The translations under genes and the position numbers were made by a program. A model generated the notes under the pieces. It worked only from the letters and a program-made list of their open reading frames with translations. It did not search any database and was not told where the DNA came from. Below, in pieces: positions 50,120 through 62,704 of a stretch of DNA of 64,000 bases. Location of the stretch: the NCBI GenBank assembly GCA_030141605.1, contig JAQGDQ010000360.1, positions 62,001-126,000 of the forward strand, written 5' to 3'. Positions within the stretch are counted from its first letter, which is position 1; every line of letters starts with the position of its first letter. This DNA is from Tubiluchus corallicola (Eukaryota; Animalia; Priapulida).

Positions 50120-52197
50120 TCTATTCTATTATATTAATATTCTTGGTATATATATAAGATTCGAGGCTACAGCCCGGACGAGGGCACCATTTGCGGCGAT
50201 CTATACATCAAACGAAAGGTCTCGATCTAGTGTCGTCTCATTGGGTGTTTATTTTTCGAATCGGGCCAACGGGGAGGAACGGGAGGCGAAAAACCTCCAA
50301 AAATGGCCCTTTTTCGGCCGTTTTTTGCAAAACTTATACGGCTGAGATGTACAGAACGGAAACGGGCCGAGGGGGTGCTGGTGTGGATAGATAGTGTTGG
50401 GTGGGTGTGTGGTTTTGTTGGGGGGGGGGGGTTTGGTGGTTTTTTGTTTTGGTGGGGTTTGGGGGTGGGTTGGGGGTTTCTCTAGAAAGAGGAAGAACGG
50501 GGCTACACGATGGTGTGGACTATATTTTAGTACACGTCCATAGAGAGGAGTATCGATGAGTTAATAAGATGTTCTATTTTCGGCAATTTTCGCCTTAGAA
50601 AAGTGCTGACGCAAAGGCATTGTTCTGACGTCATCCATTATTGCTTATAGCTTTAATTCAGCAAAAAGCTGCCTGCTATCTTTGCGCTAGTTAAACATAC
50701 AGTAGGCATGATGTTACGGGCTTTGCGTTATACATGAGGACTAGGTAGGACGTTCGCGTATTATTGATTACACATGTATTTATACGCAAAATCTTTTGCG
50801 GGGCCTTTGCTAGTCTCTTATATTAATATTCTTGGTATATTATATATATATATATAAGATTCGAGGCTACAGCCCGGACGAGGGCACCATTTGGGGCGAT
50901 CTATATATCAAACGAAAGGTCTCGATCTAGTGTCGTCTCATTGGTGGTTTATTTTTCGAATGGGGCCCACCGGGAGGAACGGGATTCGAAAAACCTCCAA
51001 AAATGGCCATTTTTCGGCCGTTTTTTGCAAAAGTTATACGGCTGAGATGTGGAGAACTGGAATGGGCCGAGGGTGGTGCTGGGTGTGGATAGATAGCCCG
51101 TTTAGCGGTGGGTGTCATAGGCCTATTTAGAATTCCCGAGAGGGCCAGGGCGCCCCGAAATTTTGGCCAAACAGCCTTTGGAAAAAACGTTCTAGCGGCG
51201 CCCGGTGGGACTCTCGGAAGGAGATATATGGCTCTTTACAAAGAGGAAGGACAGGGCTACACGATGATGTGGGCTATATTTTAGGGCAGGTCCACGGAGA
51301 GGAGTATTGGCGAGTTAATCAGGAGTTCTATTTTCGGCAATTTTCACTTAGAAAAATGCTGACGCAAAGGCATTGTTGTGACGTCTTCCATTGTACTCTA
51401 CTCTGCTTATAACTTTAATTCAGCAAAAAGCTGCAGGCTTTGCGTTAGTGTAAACAAACAGTAGGCATGATGTTACGGGCTTTGTGTTATAAATGAGGAC
51501 TAGGTAGGATGTTCGCGTATTATTGATTACACGTGGTTTTTTACGCAAAATCTTTTGCGGGGCCTTTGCTAGTAATTTAATTATTATATAAGATTCGAGG
51601 CTACAGCTTCGACGAGGGCACCATTTGCGGCGATCTATACATCAAACGAAAGGTCTCGATCTAGTGTCGTCTCATTGATGGTTTATTTTTCGAATCGGGC
51701 CCACCGGGAGGAAGGGGGGGCGAAAAACCTCCAAAAATGGCCATTTTTCGGCCGTTTTTTGCAAAAGTTATACGGCTGAGATGTGGAGAACGGGAATGGG
51801 CCGAGGGTGGTGCCGTTCAGCGATGAGTGTCATAGGCCTGTTTAGAATTCGCGAGAGGACCACGGCGTCCCGTAACGGGCGTTTTCCCGGACCCAACTCG
51901 CGATTTTTTCGAAATTTTGACCAAACAGCCTGCGGGAAAAACGTTCTAGCGGCGCCTGGTGGGACTCTCGGAAGGAGATATACGGCTCATCAGAAAGAGG
52001 AAGAACGTGGCTACACGATGATGTGGGCTATATGTTAGGACAGGTCCACCGAGAGGAGTACTAGCGAGCTAATTAGATGTTCTATTTTCGGCAATTTTTG
52101 CTTAGAAAACTGCTGACGCAATGCCATTGTTGTGACGTCATCCATTATACTCTGCTTATAGCTTTAATTCAGCAAACAGCTGCTACAGGCTTTGCGT

Positions 52198-52198
<1 letters not shown>
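50120..52198 (+). mobile_element. Head-to-tail array of three non-autonomous Helitrons (50120-50813, 50814-51572, 51573-52198 truncated)
   Basis: 5' TC; 3' hairpin CGCAAAA-TC-TTTTGCG about 9 nt before CTAG; junction CTAG|TC. Confidence 0.8.
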
Positions 52199-52272
<74 letters not shown>

Positions 52273-52278
<6 letters not shown>

Positions 52279-54437
52279 TATTATTATTATAAGTCTTTTA
52301 TTAAACAATGAATACATTGTTTCCCCTCTATTTGCAGAGGTTCGTTTACGAAATATAAATTTACAATAGCAAGATTATACATAATGCCTATTTACAATAA
52401 ATTTAAAATACATACATAGTTTACACTATATTATATACAATATAACGCTTAACTCAATACCTGTTTTTCTGTGATTATAATTTAAATTACTTTATAGCAA
52501 TTTTATTTTTCGTACAAGCTCTCTAACAATATTTACATATGCCTGGCACATTTGGGTGAAACCCATCGGAGTCAAGCGACTTGCCTTCAGTTCGCACTTC
52601 ACTTACTGCATTTTCTAATTCTTGTAATTTAAACCAGTTATTTAGACAAAAATTTTCGTTTTGTTCCCAGTCCATAACTGATAATGAGCGTTCAATGTGA
52701 TTATTCCAGTTTTCATCAAATTCTTCCGCGTTCATGTGTTCCCCACTAAAAAAGTCTTATATAATAAATCAGCACTATCCGAGGCCGAGACTACAGGTGA
52801 GCCATTACTAATTAAAATATCAGCACTACTATTATTATTGCTATTTACACCTTTAAAAATTTCTTTATATGTTTTCCAGAAGATGGCAAATTTTTCTGCA
52901 TTTAGTTTTTCTGTCTTGCTCTGTAGCCATCTATTCATAGCACTACTAAGTTCACTATCAAAGTTTTCTTTGTCAGTAATATAGATGAGTTTATTTTCGC
53001 AGCTAGAGTGTCTTTTGAACTTCTTCCTGCTGAGCCGAACAAGTCTTGATAACCGTGATAGCTCTGCAGTCCAGAACGTTTTACTGTGAGCACAGATAAC
53101 TTTACGTTTTAGAGCCAACATATTACTTTCCGCAATAGTTTCTCTAAACCAGTTCCACATACTAATGACGTCATTGGATAATAACAATTTATCAAAGACT
53201 ACTTCGTTTGCCATCAAGCGCTCGTCTAAGTTACGTGACCATTCTGTCCAATTGCTACCCTTAATGTCGAACACATGTTTCTTTTCTGCCAAATTTGCTT
53301 GCGACGTATTAAAGCTGGATATCACAGGATAATGTCCCATTAAGGGGGCGCCACTAAACAACTCGACCTCACAGTCCACATATTGATTTAACACTATATT
53401 TGCCATTTTATAAGTTGTAATTATTAAATCGATTGTACTTGCACCAGTACCAGAGCTAAAAGTGCTCGACGATGGAGCAAAAAAGTTACTTTGCTGTTAT
53501 TTGCACAATTGAAATCTTTGGGCACTTTGCCATTTGCATTTTCTGAAGTATCCTTGAAAAGACAATCTCGTGTTTGAGTCATTGGTAAAACTGTGTCCTT
53601 TTCAACTCCTTCTGGTAAATTTCACACTCTCTGCTCCTTGCCTCGTGCTTCCCCTTACAATTTGTACAAACAGTCTCTTCTGCCGTGCAATCATTAGTTC
53701 TATGTTTCGCGCTACATTTTCCACACACAACAGGATGCTTGCAAAACTTGGCCACGTGGTTGTATTTTTGGCAATTGAAACAACGAATGGGCTTCTGCTT
53801 GCTAGCGAACAATTCCACACTGCATAGCATCTGATCTATAGGTATACCCTTATTAATGGCTTGGTATAGGTCTTCTTGAGATTGAAAGGTGACTTTGACC
53901 AATGGCATATTTGTCCCATTTCTTTTCTTAAATCTCTCTACCTTTACTCCTTCATACTGATTTTGTATTTCATATTCTACATCTTGGTCTGATAAATTTG
54001 GATCGCAGTCTCTGATAAGGCCTATATGCAGTTTCTTTGGCTGTCTCACCCATGTGTCCCCACCTAAAAATTCGGATTTCCATTCGCTAATCATTTTCTT
54101 TGTCGTGTCGCTGTCATTTAACTGGATCTGAATTTTACCTTTTGCAGTTTTGTATGCAACTTCAAATTTGGTTAATGGGAAGTATCTGCTTATATTACGT
54201 TTGATGTTTATACTTGTGTCCACTAGCTTTGGATCTTTAACATTTTTTATCAACACTGTTTTTTCCGGATCGTACAGTGTTTGGCTGCTCTTTTGGTCAT
54301 AACTTGCAGACTTAGTTGATGCTGCACCCGGTTGCTTAGATTGTATCATACCACTCTTAGCTGCTGCTGAATACGACTTGGTTCCAACGTTACTTATCAA
54401 CACGTCTACATTCTGATCTAACTTTGGATCGTATTTG
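52273..54437 (-). mobile_element. Internally deleted I/Jockey-group LINE: ORF1, remnants of ORF2 (end of AP endonuclease, linker), RT missing, 3'UTR and tail
   Basis: STF..G.STIDL and GHYPVI (SDH motif) APE end, frameshift near 52735, KSLDSDGF (KAPGPDG-like) then truncation; AATAAA + (TAA)n + (TC)n tail. Confidence 0.8.
53579..54437 (-). CDS. Non-LTR retrotransposon ORF1 (gag-like nucleic-acid-binding protein), 5' truncated at a (TC)n tract
   Basis: Three zinc knuckles CFNCQKYNHVAKFC, CGKCSAKHRTNDC, CTNCKGKHEARSREC; I/Jockey-group style ORF1. Confidence 0.88.
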
Positions 54438-54517
54438 ACAGAGAGAGAGAGAGAGAGAGCGAGAAAGAGAGAGAGAAAGACAGAGAGAGCGAGAGAGAGA
54501 CCAAGTGAGAAAGAGAG

Positions 54518-54558
<41 letters not shown>

Positions 54559-54754
54559 AAGAGAGAGAGAGAGACAGAGCGAAAAAGAGGGAGAGAGAGA
54601 GAAAGAGAGGGAGGGAGAGAGAAAGAGAGAGAGAGTGAGAGAAAGACAGAGAGAAAGAGAAAGAGAGAGAGAGTGAGAGAGGAAGAGAGAGGGAGAAATA
54701 CAGAGAGAGAGGAAGAGAGAAAGAGAGAGGGAGAGAGAGCAAGAGAGACAGAGG

Positions 54755-54782
<28 letters not shown>

Positions 54783-54785
<3 letters not shown>

Positions 54786-55430
54786 ATAATAATAATAATA
54801 ATAATAATAAATCTTTATTAAAGAAATGAATATATATACACAAAGGTGCCTCTTTTTGCAGGCTCAGATCAACAAATTACATTTTCACATAACAAATCTT
54901 TTAAATCCAGTTTCACACTATGTACAACGAATAACATTTTATACTTAAATTAGATATAATTTCAAACGAATCACAAGTATTATACAAACAAATTAACTTT
55001 ACACAACTACATAATTTATTTTTGTATACTCGAGAGGGCCTAAATTAACAATTACTTAGTATAAAATTGTCCCTGATCAGGTTGGTAAAAGCCATTATTA
55101 AATTTTTATCAGATTGAAGCATAATATTATGTGTATAATTGGCATCAGCTATTTCCATGAACGGCATTCTTTTTGCATTATCTACTTTATTACATCTGAA
55201 TAAAATGTGTTGAATGTGTTGAGGAGTTTGCTCTTCTTCTCCACATGGACATAAACTAGTATCACTTATATTAAGTCTGTACAAAAAGCTGTTAAAATTC
55301 CCCTGGCCAGTTAAAAAGGACATGGCAATGGATTCTATTTTCCTTTCATTATTTCCTAGCGGCAAATTTAAGGGTGTATATTTTATATTCTGTATTTCAA
55401 CATTATCTCCTCGAAATTGCATAACATGCA
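54783..55430 (-). mobile_element. 3' end of a related LINE (ORF2 C-terminal CCHC domain and 3'UTR)
   Basis: FLTGQGNFNSFLYRLNISDTSLCPCGEEEQTPQH..HILFRC; 3' end homologous to 52290-52340. Confidence 0.8.
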
Positions 55431-55461
55431 GAGAGAGAGAGAGAGAGAGAAAGAGGGAGAC

Positions 55462-55528
<67 letters not shown>

Positions 55529-56057
55529 TGTTTAGTGAATACTTGCATAATTTATAAAAACTTTTAACATGCACTGGATATATATTTTCGCAAATAATGT
55601 GGTAGTGTATCTGTGTGAATGGTGATAAGTTTTCAAATTTTTCATAGTATAATATATGTAAGGTTGGGAAGTTATTAAAATTATAGACGCAGTACAATGA
55701 CAGTCGCCCATTGTTTTCAAGAATTGCGTTTGCGTTTCCAAGACTACGCGAGTTTGGAAGGCTTTGCGCAAAGCAGCGTCATTCTGGTTTATACTTTCAG
55801 CGTGTAAACTTGAATTTACAGCGAAGAGAGAGATCTGCAAATTTTATTATCATTATTTTAATTTATTTTATTTTATTGCTCATATATACTTGTGTGTGTG
55901 TTTTTCTTTCTTTTTTTTGCAGATTTCTTTTGCACTGACTGCCGCTTGGGTGAGTGATATTTTAATTACCAGCCACTTTATGAAACATTGATTTATTTTA
56001 ATATTAGAAGGATTGAATGCAGTTGTAGGTAGGCAGTATTATGAGTCATTTTTAAAA

Positions 56058-56810
<753 letters not shown>

Positions 56811-56869
56811 AGGGAGCGATTATTTTATTAATATAAGTTGGCTAAGGAAAAGCAGTACAGGAAACTAAC

Positions 56870-57636
56870 CATTAGCAGCCACAATGACGATGACAATAAC
56901 TGCAGTTAAAACAACAACAGCACCAGCAACAGCAACAACATCGTCAAGAATGACAATGGCAAGAAAAACACCAGAAGCATCAAGGGCAACAACACTACCA
57001 CATGTTATAAGAACAGCAGCAGTAGCAACAATAATCACAACTACAGCAAAAACCACCACGGTCACAGCATCAGTCAGCAGCAACAACAACAACAACAACT
57101 GCTGCTGCTGCTGTTGCTGCTGCTGCTACAGCGACAACCATGGCAACATTGACGACAATAACAACAAAAGTGGCAGCAGCAACAGCAACTACAAAAATGG
57201 CAACAGGAACATCAACATCATCATCAATGACAATGACAAGAACAACATCAGAAGCAACAAGGGCAGCAGCAGTACAACATGCTACAAGAACAGCAGCAGT
57301 AGCAACATCAACAACAAAGAAACCACAGCAGCAGTAACAACAACAACAATGATAATTACAACAACAATAACCCAAACTGCAATTGCAACAACTGTGGCAA
57401 CAACAGCAACAGCAACAATAATAACAAAAGTGGCAGCAGCAACAGCAACTACAAAAATGGCAACAGCAACAACAACAACAACAACAACTGCTGCTGTTGC
57501 TGCTGCAGCGACAGCGACAACCACGGCAACATTGACGACAATAACAACAAAAGTGGCAGCAGCAACAGCAATTACAAAAATGGCAACAGCAACATCAACA
57601 TCATCATCAATGACAATGACAAGAACAACACCAGAA
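56870..57636. repeat. Degenerate (ACA/GCA)n low-complexity tract with internal duplications
   Basis: Direct reading. Confidence 0.85.
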
Positions 57637-58125
57637 GCGAAAAACCTCCAAAAATGGCCCTTTTTCGGCCGTTTTTTGCAAAAGTTATACGGCTGAGATG
57701 TAGAGAACGGGAACGGGCCGAGGGGGGTGCTGGGTATGGATAGATAGCCCGTTCAGCCGTGGGTGTAGTAGGCATATTTAGAATTCCCGAGAGGGCCAGG
57801 GCGCCCCGCAACGGGCGTTTTCCCGGACCCAACTCGCGATTTTTTCGAAATTTTGACCAAACGGCCTGCGGAAAAAACGTTCTAGCGGCGCTTGGTGGGA
57901 CTCTTGGAAGGTGATGTGGGGCTCTTTACAAAGAGGAAGAACAGGGCTACATGATGATGTCGGCTATATGTTAGGACAGGTCCACCGAGAGGAGTATCGA
58001 CGAGTTAATTAGGTGTTCAAATTTCGAAAATTTTCGCTTAGAAAAACCGTGGTGACCGCATTCCATTGTGCTGACGTCATCCATTGTACTCTGTCTGTAA
58101 GTTTAATTCAGCAAAAAGCTGCCTG
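57637..58125 (+). mobile_element. Internal fragment of the same Helitron family
   Basis: Closely similar to the 51720-52190 copy. Confidence 0.75.
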
Positions 58126-58469
58126 CGAGTGCGAAATATATCACAATTACAACCCCAGTGTGTACTCTAAGGGCAGCGTTCAAGGCTAATCGTGTTTCGC
58201 AGCAAACATTTTTATAGTGTGTACTCTAAGGGCAGCGTTGCAAGGCTAATCCTGTTTTGCAGTGCGAGTGCGAAATATGTCAATTATAATCCTAGTGTAT
58301 ATCCGTTCAAAACGATATTATTTGATTGAATATTAACCACAAAACGGTTAAAACTAAGTTTTATTTGACATATGCGATGTGTATATTATTGTTAAAAAGT
58401 ATTGTGTTTGAATTTATGTTTAAAATTAAATTTTAATAATTAGGGGAAAGTTGAATTTTTGCAAAATCA

Positions 58470-58518
58470 GAATTTTCTTTCGGATAAATTTTGTGGCCCT
58501 GAAAAGGGCCGGTTGGTT
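58470..58518 (-). terminator. Replication-dependent-histone-type 3' stem-loop plus putative downstream element
   Basis: Minus strand AACCAACC-GGCCCT-TTTC-AGGGCC-ACAA (stem-loop 58495-58510), purine-rich GAAAGAAA about 13 nt downstream. Confidence 0.75.
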
Positions 58519-58769
58519 ATTTTATGCAGATCTCTATGCAGAAGTGGTGTACTTCGTCACAGCTTTGGTGCCTTCACTGACAGCGTACTGGTGTTTGGGC
58601 TCCTCATTGCGAGTTATAGAAATTGTAAATTATACAATTGTTCCCTCTGGTTGGGCGCATTTTATGCAGATCTCTATGCAGAAGTGGTGTACTTCGTTAC
58701 AGCTTTGGTGCCCTCACTGACAGCGTACTGGTGTTTGGGCTCCTCATTGTGAGTTATAGAAATTGTAAA

Positions 58770-59446
58770 TTATACAATTGTTCCCTCTGGTTGGGCGCCG
58801 TCTTTGTGGAAAGTATGGCCGTTGCCTGTATCGTCTGTACTGTCTGTTTCTGGGGTTTTGCTGTTGTTGTAATTGTTGCTGTTGTTCTTGCTGCTGTTAT
58901 AATTGTTGCTGTTGTTGCTGTTGTTGTAATTGTTGCTGTTGTCTTGCTGTTGTTGTAATTGTTGCTGTTGCTGTTGTTGTATGTGTGAAATTCGTTCAAG
59001 TTGTATTTGCACGTGTGTCATGAATTGTCCAAGAATTTGTTGTTGGTTTTGTGCTTGTTGTTGTTGTTGTTGCTGTTGTTGTTGCTGTAGTTGCTGCTGT
59101 TGTTGTTGTTGCTGTTGTTCTTGCTGTAGTTGTTGTTGCTGTTGTTCTTGCTGTTGCTGTTGCTGTTGATGTTGTCGTCTATTGCATGATGTCGGATTCA
59201 ATTGCAGTGCTTCCATTCTCTGTAACATAGACATATTTTTGTTAAAAAAATGAAGATTTTTAAACCCAACATGTTATTCAGAAAACTTTAGACTTAAAAA
59301 ATCAGCAGTTTTAGATATTTTGATAATAAATGCTAATGTGTAGTTATAGTGATTGTTAAAATATTTATTACCTTCGAAATATTGTTTTTTCCTCCGAACA
59401 CCAAAAGACAAACCAGAAGAAGACCAAATAGCAAGATTAAACGCAT
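58770..59446 (-). pseudogene. Two-exon signal-peptide gene (MRLILLFGLLLVCLLVFGG...) with Gln/Thr-rich low-complexity body, probably degenerate
   Basis: ATCAAAATG start, exon 59446-59372 with AAG|GTAATA donor, ttacag acceptor at 59220 in phase with ORF 58770-59234. Confidence 0.45.
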
Positions 59447-59807
59447 TTTGATGTAGTGCTGAAACTTGGCGGGTATGGTATTGTTATAGCTAGCCTGGGA
59501 TTAAAGACGACGTTCTTAATTGTTCCTGTTACGCGGACGTTAGAGTACACTTACTGTTTCAGATATTGAGCAGCAAAATTTTTTATAGTGTGTACTCCAA
59601 CGCGAGTGCGAAATATATCAATTTGAATCCTAGTGTGTATCCGTTGAATTGTAAAAAAACACGACGCTGCTATCAGTGGACGTGAACTATAAGTTATTAT
59701 TTTCACAGCAATTATTAAATTAACATTAAAGGAGATTAAGTTTTACTTAATAAATTAATTAAAGGTAATAATTCATTTTCACTTAACATACTGCTATAGC
59801 AATATAG

Positions 59808-59817
59808 AAAGAGAGGA

Positions 59818-59869
<52 letters not shown>

Positions 59870-59951
59870 TGATGATGATGATGATGATGATGATAATAAT
59901 AATAATAATAATAATAATGATGATGATGATGATGATAATAATAATAATAGC

Positions 59952-59988
<37 letters not shown>

Positions 59989-60038
59989 GTAATAATAATA
60001 ATAATAATAATGACAAGAATAATAATAATAATAATGAC

Positions 60039-60086
<48 letters not shown>

Positions 60087-60183
60087 CATGATAATAATAA
60101 TAATGATGATGATGATGATGATGATGATAATAATAATAATGATGATGATGATGATGATGATGATAATGATAATAATAATAATA

Positions 60184-60259
<76 letters not shown>

Positions 60260-60350
60260 TGATGATAATGATAATAATAATAATAATAATAATAGCAATA
60301 ATAATAATAATAAAAACATCAACAACAACGGCAACAACAACAATAATAAA
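59808..60350. repeat. (GA)n followed by (ATA/ATG)n microsatellite
   Basis: Direct reading. Confidence 0.97.
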
Positions 60351-62033
60351 ATCTAGTTAAAGTCGGCTTTTGGATGAACAATTAACATTAACTCAAAGAG
60401 GTATTATCGCCGACTGTAAATAACAAACTACAACTGCATAACAAAGACTATTAATACCCCACTTTTACCCTAAATACTACGCGCCAGGCTGGGCAACAGC
60501 AGGTACCATTTTCAAAGTCTTTAGTATGATCCGGCTGCTGTGTCGAACTCATGACCTCCCAGACGGAAAACCATCTGCTCAAATGCAAACTGTTTTTCTT
60601 GAGATATTTTTAAGTTAACATTTTGTAATGCAGAAAAATTGTGGTGAATATAAAAGATTGTTACAGTATTATAACATAACTATATAGCATAACTGTATAG
60701 CATAATTACATAACTGTTTACCAAAAGTGCAAATAAAAATATACTTTAGAACTTATATACTTAGAATTTAATCGATGTTAATCTTTAATATTTTTCCTGC
60801 CAATAGATGACGCAATAAGTTTTCAAGAGTTGCGTCCGCGTTTCCTAGACTACGCTGCGTCATTCTATGTTATGCTTTCAGCGTGTAAAGTTGAGTGTGA
60901 ATTGAAGAGAGAGAGCGATCTGCAATTTTTATTATCACTATTTTAATTTATTTTATTATATTGTTCATATATACTTGTGTGTGTGTTTTTCTTTCTTTTT
61001 TGTTTTTCCAGATTTCTTTTGCGCTGACTGCGCTTGGGTGAGTGATATTTTAATTACTAGGCACTTTATGAAATATTGATTTATTTTAAAGATTAAGAGA
61101 ATTGAACGGAGTTGTAGGTAGGCAGTATTCTGAGTCATTTTTAAAAAGAGGGAGAGAGAGAACAAGTGATGCGAATTGTGTGAAAATGATGTATAAATTA
61201 TTATTATTATTCTATAAAACGAAATGCAATTATTTTCATAAGGTCAAATACCGTGACAAATTATTGTTTCATTATTATTAAGTACTGTGTGTAAATAACA
61301 TTTCTTATAACGATTGGTACGCAGGCAACTTGATTCACGTGGCTCATTGCACTCTTGAATCAGGGCTAACATTGGCAAATATTTATAATAAACTTATATA
61401 TGTATATTTAAATTTTTAATAATTAGCGTTGCAGTTAATTGCACTGGTTTACAATTTTTTAAGTTAGCAAAATAATTTGAAAAATGGTTGTTTAAAGTAC
61501 TACTGAAACTCAAGTGACTTATTAACCAGACCTTGTGTATGTCCTAAAATCAAACTGTTAGTAGTTTTAACATTGTTTAGTTATTAATTTAAGGCATGTT
61601 ATAGTTATACACTTTGCAGTTTTAGACAGCATGCTACACATAAATTGGTATAAGCCATACAGTGTAATTAAAAATTTTGCAAAAGCGGTTAATGTAAATT
61701 TCATCATCAATATTATCATCATCATCATCATCATCGTCATCATCATTATCATCATCACTATTATCAATATTATACCATTACTTTTACTATTTGTCTTCCT
61801 ATTAGTGTACTATTACTATTTCTACTATCATTATCATTATCACCTTTTTATACGTATAATATCACTTATGCAGTAATGCATACATAATCTACATAGTAGT
61901 TAATTCTGTAGTTAACAAAACACGTAATGGTGGATTGGTTAGTGATTAGAATTACATATACAGTCTACCTACGCTATTTACAATGGGACAGTAAACAAGA
62001 TCAGTAGCAACTTAAAACACACAAAAACGTTAA

Positions 62034-62429
62034 CCCTTTCATACCCGTTGTATCCCGTGGGATACGGGAATATTTTCTGCCTTTAAAATTAATAAAATTT
62101 TAAAACTGAAGTTATTTGATCTGTTAATAGTTATTTTGATTTAAGCCAATAACAATAGACTAAAAATGTTGATAAAATGGCAAACTAGAAAATCTACATA
62201 GCATAAAAAACTGTGCAAGGTACAGTACTTTAGAGACGACTTTGTACAGATCAGCATAGCATGCATACTAAATGTCTTAAATACTTTAAAAAATTATCAG
62301 CAGTTGCAAAATGAAGCACATTTTATGCTTCCATTGAATCACAATGTATCCCGTGGGATACAGGCTATATTTAGCTGGCGGGCACAGGTAGAAAAAAATA
62401 ATTAAAATAATAATTTGGGACTGAAAGGG
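62034..62429. mobile_element. piggyBac-type MITE
   Basis: TTAA|CCCTTTCA...TGAAAGGG|TTAA, subterminal GTATCCCGTGGGATAC palindromes; empty TTAA site in the paralogous block at 31568. Confidence 0.9.
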
Positions 62430-62637
62430 TTAAAAGACCTCCAGGCAAAATGTGTCATCACACCTGAGTTGGTTTACGCGGCTTGGTTTTACCCCAGTGT
62501 AACAAAATGCCAGCATGTAACCTGAGTAGCAACTGTAATAGTTTTCACTGTTTATTGTCTGTATTCCAGATACGTAAAATGTCTTAAACTTCACATATCA
62601 AAGTTTTACACTGTATCAAAGCTAAACTACTGCAGAT

Positions 62638-62704
62638 ATGTGGTGTTTAGAAGTTGTTTTATCTTGCTGTATTGTTTTATCACTACTGGATGGGCTGCTA
62701 GCCG
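62638..62704 (+). CDS. Exon 1 (signal peptide MWCLEVVLSCCIVLSLLDGLLA) of a second, tandem TTLL4-like copy that continues beyond the window
   Basis: Lies in block 61830-64000, homologous to 31380-33300; ATG and CCG|GTAAGT conserved. Confidence 0.7.

Noticed and set aside
50395-50480. G/T-rich tract with G-quadruplex potential
   Set aside because: It replaces normal sequence in only one Helitron copy; likely local decay or a sequencing artefact
54438-54742. Hydrophobic SL-rich N-terminus of LINE ORF1
   Set aside because: Translation of the flanking TC-rich tract, not part of the element
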